Made by a program: the position numbers and the translations under genes. From contig OZ218951.1 in assembly GCA_965112735.1 (NCBI GenBank), positions 3,720,001 to 3,784,000 on the forward strand: a stretch of 64,000 bases of DNA, written 5' to 3'. Of this stretch, positions 63,119-64,000 are shown one piece after another. This DNA comes from Phaeosaccion multiseriatum. Lineage: Eukaryota; Protista; Ochrophyta, other classes. The notes below the pieces were generated by a model. It had not been told where the DNA came from, searched no databases, and saw nothing but the letters and a program-made list of their open reading frames with translations. The number at the start of each line of letters is the position of its first letter. The stretch's first letter is position 1.

Positions 63119-64000
63119 ATGTCGCGCTTAAAACAAGCAGTGATAGCAGCGCTCTTGCTTTACTGTGGCCTTGTCGTCGATGGAGGGGACGGGAGAGGGC
63201 GCTCGCATCATCGGCAATCAGTTGGCGAGAGCATCGGCCTGGATGTCCAGGACGTGGGGATATCGCACGCCGCCTCGGAAGATATGCCCTTCCAACATGG
63301 CAACAACAAGGGTGCGTGGGCGCCCTGTTCCCTTGAAATGGAGACATTTGGCTCAAAATCTTGAATTTTTCGCTGCACCAGATTCTCTGTACCAAATGGG
63401 ACTCCTCCTTTTGCACGGTACCTCGATGCCTCGAGATGACCACCAGGCGGCCGAACACTTTCGCCAAGCCGCGGAGGCAGGTACGGCGGGCGGCAGACTG
63501 CTCGCTGCCCATGCTTGCTGGTAACGTCTTACCCGGTGCTTCGTGAATGCACAGGACATGTGGAGGCTTCCACCTCACTAGGGCTCATGCTCTACACCGG
63601 CATCGGGGAGGGGGGACAACGAGATTACAAGGCGGCTTTTCGCTGGCTTCGCATCGCCGCTGATGCAGGCGACACGGAAGGAATGTGGCTTCTTGGGCGC
63701 TGTTTCTACGAAGGAAAGGTGCGAGGGATGGCACACGAAGGAAAGGGTCTTGCGGGGCGAAGACCCCTGCTTCCTCATGCTGGCTCTGCATATTGCTCCT
63801 GCTTCCATTAAAACAACCATGTTGCAGGGGCTGGACGCCCCGGATTTTGAGCAGGCCCAGGTGTGGCTTCATCGTGCGGCGCAGCGAGGAAGCCCTCAAG
63901 CTCATCACTACCTGGGTCTGTTGCACGAGTACGGTCTTGGCGTATCTCAGGACTTTCAGGAGGCGAGGGAATGCTACGAGCGGGCGGCGAGCGCTGGGGT
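63119..64000 (+). CDS. Sel1-like repeat protein with probable signal peptide, 5' part; exons 63119-63311, 63382-63480, 63555-63718, 63828->64000
   Basis: GT-AG introns of 70, 74 and 109 bp join in phase to give MSRLKQAVIAALLLYCGLVVDG...DSLYQMGLLLLHG...AAEHFRQAAEAG/HVEASTSLGLMLYTG...AFRWLRIAADAG/DTEGMWLLGRCFYEGKG...AQVWLHRAAQRG/SPQAHHYLGLLHEYGLGVSQDFQEARECYERAASAG, i.e. four Sel1 repeats. Confidence 0.9.

Overview
Eukaryotic, GC-rich DNA dominated by a ~54.6-kb tandem array (7192-61815) of a 177-bp satellite (about 250 near-identical monomers, possibly centromeric or pericentromeric). A DIRS/Ngaro-type tyrosine-recombinase (YR) retroelement family interrupts the array four times, always at the same nucleotide of the monomer (CCAGATTGG^GGGTTTTG) and with no target-site duplication. 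Three copies come from one 3.14-kb insertion that was amplified with its flanking satellite as an 11-13.4-kb macro-repeat. That element has an intact YR and RNase H but lacks gag and RT motif A. The fourth copy is a diverged 799-bp non-coding relative. Comparing the two subfamilies shows compensatory base changes in end-to-end pairing and in terminal hairpins. Copy 3 carries a 1.63-kb concatemer of a ~160-bp core alternating with a 93-bp imperfect palindrome in flip/flop orientations; copy 2 carries one unit of it and is truncated there. The first 7 kb is a mosaic of degenerate and recently duplicated repeats. The last 0.9 kb is the 5' part of a spliced Sel1-repeat gene. Most short ORFs in the supplied track are satellite artefacts.
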